DNA of 64,000 nucleotides from Candidatus Woesearchaeota archaeon (GCA_965205335.1 OZ242164.1:32001-96000), one strand, 5' to 3'; positions 1 to 9,134 are shown, counted from the stretch's first letter. Notes: generated by a model from the sequence alone, not told the origin. Numbers and translations: made by a program.

Positions 1-282
1 TTCAAATATTCTTTTTATTGTTGCTCTTTGTTTCTTTTTATTGCTAAATGCCACAAAAAGAACAATTTTCAAATCATCATAAATTAAGAAATAGAGTCGC
101 TTCCCTGTTTCGGTTTTGAATTCTCTGACAAATTTTACTCTAAGAGGATCGCCAATGTAGGGATTTATTTTGAGTCTTTCTTTAAATTTACTAAACTTAT
201 CAATTTCTGAGGAATTAAGAAACAACTCATATTTTTTCAAAAATGGCTCAGTACCTTTAATCTTGTATAACTCTTTATTCAT
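1..282 (-). CDS. RelE/ParE-like toxin, runs off the window edge
   Basis: Manual translation from ATG at 282: MNKELYKIKGTEPFLKKYELFLNSSEIDKFSKFKERLKINPYIGDPLRVKFVREFKTETGKRLYFLIYDDLKIVLFVAF...; NPxxGxxL..REF..RLYF pattern of the RelE fold. Confidence 0.7.
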   Translation of the reverse strand, partial: MNKELYKIKGTEPFLKKYELFLNSSEIDKFSKFKERLKINPYIGDPLRVKFVREFKTETGKRLYFLIYDDLKIVLFVAFSNKKKQRATIKRIFE

Positions 283-460
283 AAATAATTGAGTTATAAC
301 TCCTTTATATATTTATTTAATATTAATTTATCAAATTCATTATCTTAAAATAAAAGAGAAGAATTTGAGAAGTGAGTTATAGTTCACACTTTTAAAATAA
401 ATTATTAAAGTTCTTTCAGAACTTTTAAACCTAAATCAGTTATTTTATATCTGTGACAGA
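239..460 (+). repeat. Direct repeat copy 1 (~225 bp) flanking the 33-aa repeat gene
   Basis: Diverged match to 1417-1670, from aaaaatggctcagtaccttt to ttattttatatctgtga. Confidence 0.9.
367..394 (+). repeat. 28-bp 11-6-11 imperfect palindrome, copy 1
   Basis: GAGAAGTGAGT-TATAGT-TCACACTTTTA. Confidence 0.75.
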
Positions 461-461
461 A

Positions 462-1364
462 TTATTGAATAATGGGTAAAGAATAAAGACCTAACTTATT
501 TAACTCATGCTCCCAACTCCTTTTTTTACAAAGTTTAGCAATTTTTGAGTAAGTAGTAACTCCATTAGTTATCAATTCTTCAATTTTTGTTTTACTATTT
601 AATAATATGTCTAACTTAGGTTCCCAATCTGCATTTGTAACAATCTGTGAATAGTGAGAACCGTTAAATCCTAAATCTGTAAGAGTATTTCTGTTGTCTA
701 TAGCCCATTTTAACTTAGGTTCCCAATCTGCATTCCTGACAATCTGTGAATAGTGAGAACCGTCAAATCCTAAATCTGTAAGAGTCCCTTTGTTTTTTAT
801 AGCCCATTTCAACTTAGGTTCCCAATCTGCACCAACAACAATCTGTGAATAGTGAGAACCGTTAAATCCTAAATTTGTAAGAGTCCCTTTGTTTTTTATA
901 GCCCATTTCAACTTAGGTTCCCAATCTGCACCAACAACAATCTGTGAATAGTGAGAACCGTTAAATCCTAAATCTGTAAGAGTATTTCTGTTGTCCATAG
1001 CCCATTCTAACTTAGGTTCCCAATCTGCATTTGTAACAATCTGTGAATAGTGAGAACCGTTAAATCCTAAATTTGTAAGAGTCCCTTTGTTTTTTATAGC
1101 CCATTTCAACTTAGGTTCCCAATCTGCACCAACAACAATCTGTGAATAGTGAGAACCGTTAAATCCTAAATCTGTAAGAGTCTCTGTTTTTAATACTGCA
1201 AACTCTAAAACATCTCTGTATTGCTTTTTCTTACTTCTCAAAATTCTAATAAAGTGAGAATCTTTAAAAGACATGGGAGATTCTTTAAGAGTAGATTCTA
1301 AGTCATTAGTGCTCATTTCCGAAATTTTATTTAAATCTGATGACAGAATACCTTCTAAATTCAT
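462..1364 (-). CDS. 33-aa tandem-repeat alpha-solenoid protein (TALE-like or mTERF-like)
   Basis: Six near-identical 33-aa repeats LTxLGFNGSHYSQIV[VG/TN/RN]ADWEPKLKWAIxNxxT plus degenerate cap repeats; TATA-like box upstream. Confidence 0.85.
   Translation of the reverse strand: MNLEGILSSDLNKISEMSTNDLESTLKESPMSFKDSHFIRILRSKKKQYRDVLEFAVLKTETLTDLGFNGSHYSQIVVGADWEPKLKWAIKNKGTLTNLGFNGSHYSQIVTNADWEPKLEWAMDNRNTLTDLGFNGSHYSQIVVGADWEPKLKWAIKNKGTLTNLGFNGSHYSQIVVGADWEPKLKWAIKNKGTLTDLGFDGSHYSQIVRNADWEPKLKWAIDNRNTLTDLGFNGSHYSQIVTNADWEPKLDILLNSKTKIEELITNGVTTYSKIAKLCKKRSWEHELNKLGLYSLPIIQ
585..1178 (-). repeat. 99-bp coding tandem repeat, 6 units
   Basis: aacttaggttcccaatctgc...aatctgtgaatagtgagaaccg recurs every 99 nt. 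Confidence 0.95.
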
Positions 1365-1416
1365 GAATTAATTACTAATAAGTAGTTTATAAGTTTGATT
1401 CTTTTTATTTTATATC

Positions 1417-1670
1417 AAAAATGGCTCAGTACCTTTGATTTCGTATGTTTCTTTATTCATAATTAATTTGGTTATAACTCCTTTATATATTTATCTAATA
1501 TTAGTTCACCAAATTAATTTTCCTCAAATAAATGAGGAAGATTTGAAAAGTGAAACATAACTCACACTTTTAAGAATGGAATTTGAAAATAGGATAAAAA
1601 CAATTGAAAAATTAAAGTTCTTTCAAAATTTTTAAACCTAAATCTGTTATTTTATATCTGTGATATAATT
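1417..1670 (+). repeat. Direct repeat copy 2; includes the 5' stub of the RelE-like gene and the 28-bp site at 1545-1572
   Basis: Match to 239-460; contains GAAAAGTGAAA-CATAAC-TCACACTTTTA. Confidence 0.9.
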
Positions 1671-1906
1671 AAGGGAAGAAATTATGAAAGATACTTTGGA
1701 TTTGAAATGATTTTATTATCCTACCAAAATTTAACAGAACTTTCTCTCACAAATAGAAAGAATTATTAAAAGAATTTTTCTTTATCATTCTTTTTTATAC
1801 TTTGATTTTAAAAATTGTAATGTGTGCCTCTTGATACGCATATATTTAAGAATTTGCACTTTTAGAATAGATTTAAAAACAATTAGAAATTAAGTTATAT
1901 TTATTC

Positions 1907-1974
1907 CCAGACGAATCAGGGAATAAAACCAGTCCGTCAAATTGGTTTAGTGAGTTCGAGTCTCACCATCTGGA
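1907..1974 (+). tRNA. tRNA-like element / degenerate tRNA-Asp(GUC) lacking a D-stem
   Basis: Acceptor CCAGACG/CATCTGG (1 mismatch); T-arm GTGAG-TTCGAGT-CTCAC; anticodon arm (AAA)CCAGT-CCGTCAA-ATTGG(TTT); no pairable D-arm. Confidence 0.55.
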
Positions 1975-2048
1975 GATTTAATTGAGGATTTTTATCTTCA
2001 ATTACATATAATATATAGTTCTTTATTTATAAAGGTTTCTAAGAAAGG

Positions 2049-2165
2049 GGCTTTGTACGAAAAGTAACAATTGCTTTAAAAAAGATTAAAACATTATATT
2101 ATATATTGATAATTTTAATTATTTCTAATTTATTATTAATTCTTAATGACTTTTCGTACAAAGCC
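2049..2165. mobile_element. 117-bp MITE with IS5/IS903-like ends
   Basis: Perfect 17-bp TIR GGCTTTGTACGAAAAGT / ACTTTTCGTACAAAGCC flanked by direct repeat TAAGAAAGG. Confidence 0.85.
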
Positions 2166-2212
2166 TAAGAAAGGGTTCTGTTAAATTTTGGAGACCCAAT
2201 AATAATAAATCA

Positions 2213-2410
2213 TTAATATAATGTTTTTAATTTGTTTTTTCTTGGTTCAAATATCTCACCTAGATACTTTAGCCTTCTTAATAATATTTCTTTATTTTCA
2301 TCTGATATATCTAATTTATCCAACTCTTTCAATACATCCTTAACTTCAACTAAAGGATCCTCTAATTGTTCAATCAATTGTTTTGTATTTGAAAGTAAAT
2401 TTTTATTCAT
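2213..2410 (-). CDS. Small hypothetical protein
   Basis: 65-aa ORF co-oriented downstream of vsr. Confidence 0.5.
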   Translation of the reverse strand: MNKNLLSNTKQLIEQLEDPLVEVKDVLKELDKLDISDENKEILLRRLKYLGEIFEPRKNKLKTLY

Positions 2411-2443
2411 TTTAATTTTAACCTTTTATTGATGAGTAGTGTC

Positions 2444-2845
2444 TTATAAGTAACGTTGAATCTTATTAAAGCATTTTTCTGGATTTTTCTTAATTTCATG
2501 CTCCCAAAATCTTATGACTGTCCAGTTTTGTTTTTTAAGCTCTAATGTAACTTTCCTATCTTTTTCAACATTGTATTTAATTTTCTCTCTCCAATATTTC
2601 TTATTAGACTTTGGTTCTTTATAACATTTAGGACACTTATGCCAAAAGCAACCATCAAGGAATACTACAATCCTTTTCTTCCCAAATACAATATCTGGTC
2701 TTCCTAACAATTTTTTTGAATGTAATCTATATCTCAAACCCTTAGACCATATATATTTTCTAAATAAAATTTCAAGTTTAGTGTTTTTAGACTTAATTTT
2801 TGACATTACTTCACTTCTCTTCTCCTTAGAAAAAACATCTGTCAT
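2444..2845 (-). CDS. vsr: Very short patch repair endonuclease
   Basis: MTDVFSKEKRSEVMSKIKSKNTKLE, GRPDIVF, FLDGCFWHKC and WEHE motifs. Confidence 0.95.
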   Translation of the reverse strand: MTDVFSKEKRSEVMSKIKSKNTKLEILFRKYIWSKGLRYRLHSKKLLGRPDIVFGKKRIVVFLDGCFWHKCPKCYKEPKSNKKYWREKIKYNVEKDRKVTLELKKQNWTVIRFWEHEIKKNPEKCFNKIQRYL

Positions 2846-3023
2846 AAATAACTTAGTATTTAAATATTAATAAAATTAACTTTTGATAAATCTAAAAATA
2901 AAGAAAATGGCAAAAACAACTTGGAAAAACAAGAACAATCCAAATAAGAGGGCTCTGTTTATGGGTATATAGATATTTCGATTTTTTGGAACCTTTTATA
3001 AATAAACAAAATATATTTTATAT

Positions 3024-3740
3024 ATGGATTCTAAAAAAGAATTATATGATTTCTTAAATTCTATAACTGATATTGATCAAAGAACATATCAAAAAATAGC
3101 ACAATTGTTCCAAAAAGCTGTAGAAGAAGACATATTAAAGATTTGGGAAAAACATCAGAAAAATATAGATATGAGATTAAATAATGTGCCTGTATGTTTA
3201 CCAGGTTCTGCTGTAAATTCTTCAACAGCATTTGGTTTTCTAATTGAAGAATTTCTTGTTCAACAATTATCAAAGGAAGATTATTTTGAAACTGTAAATA
3301 GTACAGTTAAGTCTGCATTTGATTTTAAATTGAAAAAAGAAGATAAAATACATTTATTAGTTAATCTTAAAGTTGAAAAAGAAGGAGTATCAAATAATGG
3401 AGTTTGTGCTGGAAATATTCTTAAAAATTTTTATGATAGTGACAATAAACCTAAATTATATTTAATTTTAAAATCCAAATATAAAATTGATGAAAATAAT
3501 AGTAAAGTTTTATTTAAAGGTATAGAATCTCATTATCTTGAAATATTTTTGACAAAAGAAGGATATTTGAAATCAGATAGTAGAAATTGGAGTAGTGAGT
3601 TTAATGTTTTGTCAGGCAGAATACAGTTACCTAATAAAAATAAATTAAAGGAATTATCTATAGAAGATATTCCTGATCCTAAAAAAATTTTATCTTTTAT
3701 GAGTATTATAGGGGATAAGTTATTAGAAAGTAAAAATTAA
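3024..3740 (+). CDS. Putative Type II restriction endonuclease
   Basis: Lies between vsr and a C5 MTase, convergent with the MTase; E...AFDF...NLK PD-(D/E)xK-like arrangement. Confidence 0.6.
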   Translation: MDSKKELYDFLNSITDIDQRTYQKIAQLFQKAVEEDILKIWEKHQKNIDMRLNNVPVCLPGSAVNSSTAFGFLIEEFLVQQLSKEDYFETVNSTVKSAFDFKLKKEDKIHLLVNLKVEKEGVSNNGVCAGNILKNFYDSDNKPKLYLILKSKYKIDENNSKVLFKGIESHYLEIFLTKEGYLKSDSRNWSSEFNVLSGRIQLPNKNKLKELSIEDIPDPKKILSFMSIIGDKLLESKN

Positions 3741-4924
3741 ATTAGATTATTTTTTATGTGATTAGCAATAGCTTTTGCTAAACCTATTGGGACAGCGTTT
3801 CCTAATTGAACAAGTTGTTTACTCTTACTTCCTTTAAATATAAAATCATCAGGAAAAGTTTGGAGTCTGGCTAATTCTCTCGGTGTCATTACTCTATTAT
3901 ATTCATAATGAACAAAAACTCCGCCGTGATTTTCTTTAACAGTTCTAGAAGGTTGATCTGGATAAGACCTAAAAAATGCATCTGAATAATTCCCAAATAC
4001 ACTTTTTCCTATAGGTGTATTTTTAAGTTTTTCTAAAAATTCATCGTTATGTGAAGTTGTGATATGATTAAATTTGATATCTTCAACATTTTTTAAATCT
4101 CCAATAGCTTCCTGAACTGAAACCCATTTTTTTAAGTTTTCATCAGGTTTTTCAGAATGAGTTGAAATTGGGTGTGAAATTTTACCTGAACCTTTCTTTC
4201 TACCAATAAATATAACTCTTTCTCTTCTTTGAGGAACTCCAAAATCTGCAGAGTTTAATAATTTAAATTTAACTTCATAACCAATTTGATCAAATCTCCT
4301 TAAAATTTTATCAGTTACTTTTTCTTGAAAATTACCTAAATCTGTTTTTAAATTCTTAATTTGTTCTTTAATTTTATTTAATAAATCTTCATCCTTCTCT
4401 GAAAATTTATATTTCTCAGGATTATTCTTAAACCTTTTTCTCAATAGTAATAAATCTGCTTTAGTTTTTTCTAAGTTTCTTAATTCATCTAATTCTATTT
4501 TCTCAAATTCTGATAAATCATCCCTATTATGCTTCATATTTAAAATTCCTTTAACATTTTCCATAACAAAAATTTCAGGTTTTAGTTCTTTAACTATTTC
4601 AACATAATTTTCAAATAATTTTCCTCTAGGATCATTAGGATTCCTTAAACCAGCCATAGAATAAGCTTGACAAGGAGGTCCTCCAATAATTATATCACAC
4701 CCTTTTTCTTTCATATAATTAATTATTTCACTCTTAAAATCTTCTTGAGTTATATCTCCTAAAAAAAATTTAGAATTATGATGATTTCGTTTATAAGTTT
4801 CACCTGCTTCTTTCATAATATCATTTCCTGCTACTACATCAAATCCAGCTAATTCAAATCCTTTACTTAGTCCTCCACATCCTGCAAAAAGATCTAGAGT
4901 TTTTAATTTATTTTTATTTTCCAT
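3737..4924 (-). CDS. dcm: DNA (cytosine-5)-methyltransferase
   Basis: DLFAGCGG, GGPPCQ, ENV, PQRRER and GNAVP motifs. Confidence 0.95.
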   Translation of the reverse strand: MENKNKLKTLDLFAGCGGLSKGFELAGFDVVAGNDIMKEAGETYKRNHHNSKFFLGDITQEDFKSEIINYMKEKGCDIIIGGPPCQAYSMAGLRNPNDPRGKLFENYVEIVKELKPEIFVMENVKGILNMKHNRDDLSEFEKIELDELRNLEKTKADLLLLRKRFKNNPEKYKFSEKDEDLLNKIKEQIKNLKTDLGNFQEKVTDKILRRFDQIGYEVKFKLLNSADFGVPQRRERVIFIGRKKGSGKISHPISTHSEKPDENLKKWVSVQEAIGDLKNVEDIKFNHITTSHNDEFLEKLKNTPIGKSVFGNYSDAFFRSYPDQPSRTVKENHGGVFVHYEYNRVMTPRELARLQTFPDDFIFKGSKSKQLVQLGNAVPIGLAKAIANHIKNNLI

Positions 4925-4925
4925 T

Positions 4926-5111
4926 TTAAATTAATTTTTTTTTTGCTGATGTTGAAATAAGTGATTTTTCTGAAAGCCAAGCTAAGAGAATATTCCTTAC
5001 AATTTCTGCTTCTGAGTTTCCTAATTCTCCTTTCAATATATTAATAATTTCAAGTTGTTTTTCATTTAAAGTCACCTGAACTCTCCTCATATTAGTTATT
5101 TCTTGTGTCAT
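4926..5111 (-). CDS. Ribbon-helix-helix/CopG-like regulator
   Basis: RRVQVTLNE..GNSEAEIVR pattern; directly upstream of the MTase. Confidence 0.7.
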   Translation of the reverse strand: MTQEITNMRRVQVTLNEKQLEIINILKGELGNSEAEIVRNILLAWLSEKSLISTSAKKKLI

Positions 5112-5409
5112 ATCATACTCATTTCATACACATTTATAAAGCTTTTGTTTTACTTTAAAAGTTCTATTCAAAAAAAATATTAAGAAAAATTTATCTATTT
5201 TATAATTAATATAAAAATGAAACCTAAATATACTTTTTCTATCCACACCACTAAATTGAACTATCGCAATATATTTTAATTTTCTAATGTTCCATTCCTC
5301 AGGAATTTTCCCAATTCATTCAATTCCACTGTCTTTTAATTTAACATTTTCATTTAATCCTTTTGTCACGCATTTGTTAATCAAGGACTTTTCATACTCT
5401 ATTAATTCT

Positions 5410-5547
5410 TCAATTTGATTTTTTTAATCCCATATCTATTAATTCAACAACTGCTTCATTATTATTCTTTAAACCTTTATCTATCCTGTATTTTAATACT
5501 TCATTCCAAAGCTTATCATCACAATCTAAAATTAATTTTTTTGCCAT
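5410..5547 (-). CDS. Small RHH-like protein divergent from the transposase
   Basis: Manual ORF MAKKLILDCDDKLWNEVLKYRIDKGLKNNNEAVVELIDMGLKKSN. Confidence 0.5.
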   Translation of the reverse strand: MAKKLILDCDDKLWNEVLKYRIDKGLKNNNEAVVELIDMGLKKSN

Positions 5548-5659
5548 AATCAATACTATATATTCGTTTATTTATAAGACTTTCCATTAATAATCATTAA
5601 TAAAAACGAAAGATTCATAAATAAACGAGTGTTAATAATTATTAAGAGGTGTTAATAAA

Positions 5660-6727
5660 ATGACAACAACAAAACCAATTCAACCACGTTTACAAAAAAG
5701 TAATATTATGATAGATATAGGTATAACTCCTGTTCCTATCTTTGATGAAAACTATTGGGTTAAATCTCAGTTCACAGAACAAAAATACCAGACTTCTTTA
5801 AACTCTTGTACTTGCCCTGATAACAAAGCAGGATATGTCTGTAAACACATTTTACTCCTTAAAGAACATTTAAATAATAATGATAAAAAGTGTTCAAATT
5901 GTAGTTCTGAGAACATTATTAAGAAAGGATTTAAGAAAGGTAAATTAGGAGTTAAACAAATATATCAATGTAAGGATTGCAATAGTAAGTTTGTAGATAA
6001 TGATGTTTCAGAATATAAAGCAAATCTAAGTATTGTAGTAAAATCAATGGACTTATATATGAAAGGTGAGTCATATCGTAGTATATCAAACACATTAAAA
6101 CAATTTAATAATATAAACATTTCACAAGTAGGAGTTATGACGTGGATTAAGAAATATATTATAGTAATGGATAATTACCTGAAACAATTTAATCCTGTTG
6201 TATCTGATACTTGGCATACTGATGAACAATTCATCAAAGTTAAAGGAAACCAAAAGTATATATGGAACTGTATGGACAACCAGACTAAGTTTTTACTTGC
6301 TTCTGATGTTAGTCATAAACGTACTACAAAAGACGCACAGAACTTATTTAAGAACGCTAAAATAACTGCAAACAAGAAAGCACAGACTATAATTACAGAC
6401 GGAAGTTTCAGTTATTCTAAGAGTGTTAAGAAAGAGTTTAAAACTTACAAGAACCCTAAACCTCACTATCATTATGTATCTTTCAAACAGAAGGACAGCA
6501 ACAATAACATAATTGAACGTTATCACGGAACACATAAAGACCGAACTAAATCAATGCGTGGAATGAAAACAATGAAAGGAATTCAGACTTATAATATAGG
6601 TTTCAAGAACTATTATAATTTTGTAAAACCTCACTTAGGTTTAAATGGTTTAACTCCTGCACAAGTGAGTGGTTTAAACATTCCAGCAAATTGGGAAAAG
6701 ATTATGAAAAATGCACTGGGTCTCTAA
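5660..6727 (+). CDS. IS6-family DDE transposase with N-terminal SWIM and Zn-ribbon domains
   Basis: CTCPD..CKH (SWIM), CxxC..CxxC, WHTDEQFIKV, IITDG, NNIIER and YYNFVKPH motifs. Confidence 0.9.
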   Translation: MTTTKPIQPRLQKSNIMIDIGITPVPIFDENYWVKSQFTEQKYQTSLNSCTCPDNKAGYVCKHILLLKEHLNNNDKKCSNCSSENIIKKGFKKGKLGVKQIYQCKDCNSKFVDNDVSEYKANLSIVVKSMDLYMKGESYRSISNTLKQFNNINISQVGVMTWIKKYIIVMDNYLKQFNPVVSDTWHTDEQFIKVKGNQKYIWNCMDNQTKFLLASDVSHKRTTKDAQNLFKNAKITANKKAQTIITDGSFSYSKSVKKEFKTYKNPKPHYHYVSFKQKDSNNNIIERYHGTHKDRTKSMRGMKTMKGIQTYNIGFKNYYNFVKPHLGLNGLTPAQVSGLNIPANWEKIMKNALGL

Positions 6728-6789
6728 AACTTAACAGAACCCTAAGAAAGGGTTCTGTTCAATTCTGGACCCCCTCAGTTACTAATTTG

Positions 6790-7160
6790 AATATCTTCCT
6801 TATGGAATTAGTCTTTTTGGGATTTGGATGCCACAAAAAGCATTTTCTTCTATGTCTTTAAATGCTCTAATTAACTATTCATAAATCTTTTTTCGTCAGT
6901 ATTAGAATTTTCTAACTCTTCGTTTTTCATTTGCGAATCTAATTTTTGATGGTAGTTTCATTGTTTGATATTCTAAAATAGATGTTTATTTTTAATATGC
7001 TTGTCTGTGTTTTCTGGGTAATGAATCCATCCTATTTTATTTTCGGAATCAATAGTCTAATATTACACAAAAGGTTTGATACATCATTTTTCCCATAAGG
7101 CTCTTTTCTTAAATTCTCCGTCATATTTTTTATGAATTTTTCAACCTTAAGAACAGTGTT
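6790..7160 (-). pseudogene. Decayed copy of the RelE-like toxin/partner pair
   Basis: Matches 35510-35905 and 11260-11537 with deletions. Confidence 0.75.
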
Positions 7161-7339
7161 TTAATGGATCTCTCAATTAAACCTAATTGATAAAATATTT
7201 TAATAATTGTTTAAGTTTCCTCTCTATCCAATTTGAAAACTTGACTTAAATCTTTTCTTGTGATGTATCATTTCAATTTTTCTCTCTGCCATAAATTATT
7301 TATTTGTCTCACTTTTCTAATTATATTATATTTTGAGAC

Positions 7340-7711
7340 TTAATAATCTTTTCTTTGTTTAATATGTGATGTTAGCCCTGTAAGACTATCAGTTATAACT
7401 CCTGATTTAAGATTGCATTCTTGATCAAACTCACCTTTTATAATAAATAAATCTCTTCTTGGGAAGTCTTGAATTAATATTACTTTTTTAAGCTCATCGT
7501 TCTTATCATATTCTACATTTTTGATGATGTTAGTTTGATTCTTGCATATTATTTTTTTGGTTATTGTTTTTTCTGTTTGTGTCTCTCTCTTACCCTCTTG
7601 GTAATCCAAATAAAAACACCCTAACAAAAGGATCACAACCATTAATAATATTATTTGGTATCTGATTTTTGTTTTTTTCCACGTTCTAAACTCTTCTATC
7701 TCCCTTTCCAT
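7340..7711 (-). CDS. Single-TM hypothetical protein (duplicate of 25631-26002)
   Basis: N-terminal hydrophobic helix; near-identical paralog. Confidence 0.75.
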   Translation of the reverse strand: MEREIEEFRTWKKTKIRYQIILLMVVILLLGCFYLDYQEGKRETQTEKTITKKIICKNQTNIIKNVEYDKNDELKKVILIQDFPRRDLFIIKGEFDQECNLKSGVITDSLTGLTSHIKQRKDY

Positions 7712-8172
7712 TATACTTTATACCTCTTTGATTTAATTCTTTTAATATAAACTCTTTTCTCATCTAAACTCTCAATATATTTTTGATTTTTAGTTTAATG
7801 TCTAAAAAATAAAGTCTTGTCTCTTTCATCTCTCACAAACTTTTAAACTTCTTTTCAAGTTCATCAACTGTTGGTAATTTTGAACCAGATATAAGGTTAT
7901 ACCTTTTACCTCTTCCACTGAATATTTTTTCTAATTTTGAGTTCATAAATACATACGTATTTATTTATTTATAATACTTATGATTTGTTGAATTGTCAAC
8001 TTAAAGGGGTTTATTTTCGGAATCAATAGTCTAATATTACACGAAAGGTTTGATACGTCATTTTTCCCATAAGGCTCTTTTCTTAAATTCTCATGCTAAA
8101 ATAAATTATTTTTGCTAATCTATAAAACATCAGTTGATAAAATAGATACAATCTAAATATTGTTACAAATTC

Positions 8173-8562
8173 TTATCTTGGCATTTGTAGAGAACCTTGT
8201 ATTGTAGGAGGTTTATGAATTAAACGTCTTATTTTCACAGAGCATTGCATAAACTTTGTGTCTGATAATTCACTATATCTTTTTATGAACCTACTTTTTT
8301 CTAATATGTTTATTTTGTGACATCTTATTTCAGAAGGTTTTGGTATAAATCCTTTCTTCAAATCTTTAGAATTTAAAGAAATTGAATTATCATCGTTCCT
8401 AATATTAGTAGTAATTTGGCAGACCAAAACATCTTTCTCTTTCTTATTAAAATCGTCATTTGATAAGATTAAAACTGGTCTTTTTGATTTAGAGGAAAAA
8501 TTGGCATGGGGGAATGGTACAAGCCAAATCTCTCCTTGCTTAAACTGTGTCCCAGATAGCAT
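8173..8562 (-). CDS. mazF: PemK/MazF-family toxin
   Basis: QGEIWLVPFP...KRPVLILSND...CQITT motif; start probably ATG at 8562. Confidence 0.9.
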   Translation of the reverse strand: MLSGTQFKQGEIWLVPFPHANFSSKSKRPVLILSNDDFNKKEKDVLVCQITTNIRNDDNSISLNSKDLKKGFIPKPSEIRCHKINILEKSRFIKRYSELSDTKFMQCSVKIRRLIHKPPTIQGSLQMPR

Positions 8563-8821
8563 CAGATTCACACTCCCAATCTTTTTCAAATTCACTCAAA
8601 GATTGCGATAATTTTGGATAGTTTTGAGTTTCATTCAGTTTGTTTTTTAAATATAAAACTTCATTTATTAAGTATCCTATAATATCTATTTGCTCATAAC
8701 CTTCAATAGTTGTTGTTTTACCATCAAAAGTAATCTTTCTGGTTTTACTTCCCACTTCCTTTACATTATTTGTAACATAACTGCTTTGATTAAAACTCGT
8801 ATAATTATATATTTGTGTCAT
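8540..8821 (-). CDS. Putative antitoxin for MazF
   Basis: Overlaps the mazF start; acidic C-terminus SLSEFEKDWECESDAIWDTV. Confidence 0.6.
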   Translation of the reverse strand: MTQIYNYTSFNQSSYVTNNVKEVGSKTRKITFDGKTTTIEGYEQIDIIGYLINEVLYLKNKLNETQNYPKLSQSLSEFEKDWECESDAIWDTV

Positions 8822-8824
8822 TTT

Positions 8825-9091
8825 TCATTTTAGTTTATCTAAAAATTTCTTTAATATTTCTGAATCAGATGACTCAATATGTATTATCTTTTGTTTTCTT
8901 TCAACTGAATTTTGTATGTTCATTACGATATGAGTCGCATTTTTACCTTTTTTCTCGTCCCCATCCATAAAGAATGCTACAGTAGTAGGGAAAAAATCAT
9001 CTAATTCTTTTAATTTCTTCAGAAATTCCTCTGAAAAAATTTCTTCTAAGTCAAAACCTGTTATCTGAACCTTTTCAATTTTAGACTTCAA
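8825..9091 (-). CDS. Hypothetical protein
   Basis: 88-aa ORF in operon with the TA pair; TTG start. Confidence 0.45.
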   Translation of the reverse strand: MKSKIEKVQITGFDLEEIFSEEFLKKLKELDDFFPTTVAFFMDGDEKKGKNATHIVMNIQNSVERKQKIIHIESSDSEILKKFLDKLK

Positions 9092-9134
9092 TTTACTTAA
9101 AAAGATTTAAACAAATTTATAAATATTACTTTTT

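Larger units (their letters stand above)
2174..6741 (+). mobile_element. IS6-family element (~4.57 kb) carrying an R-M/Vsr cargo
   Basis: TIRs GGTTCTGTTAAATTTTGGAGACCCA (2174) and TGGGTCTCTAAAACTTAACAGAACC (ends 6741); 9-bp direct repeat CTAAGAAAG on both sides; IS6 transposase abuts the right TIR. Confidence 0.85.

Noticed and set aside
585-1178. 99-bp repeats as a non-coding array
   Set aside because: Fully in frame within a coding gene, with no unique spacers.
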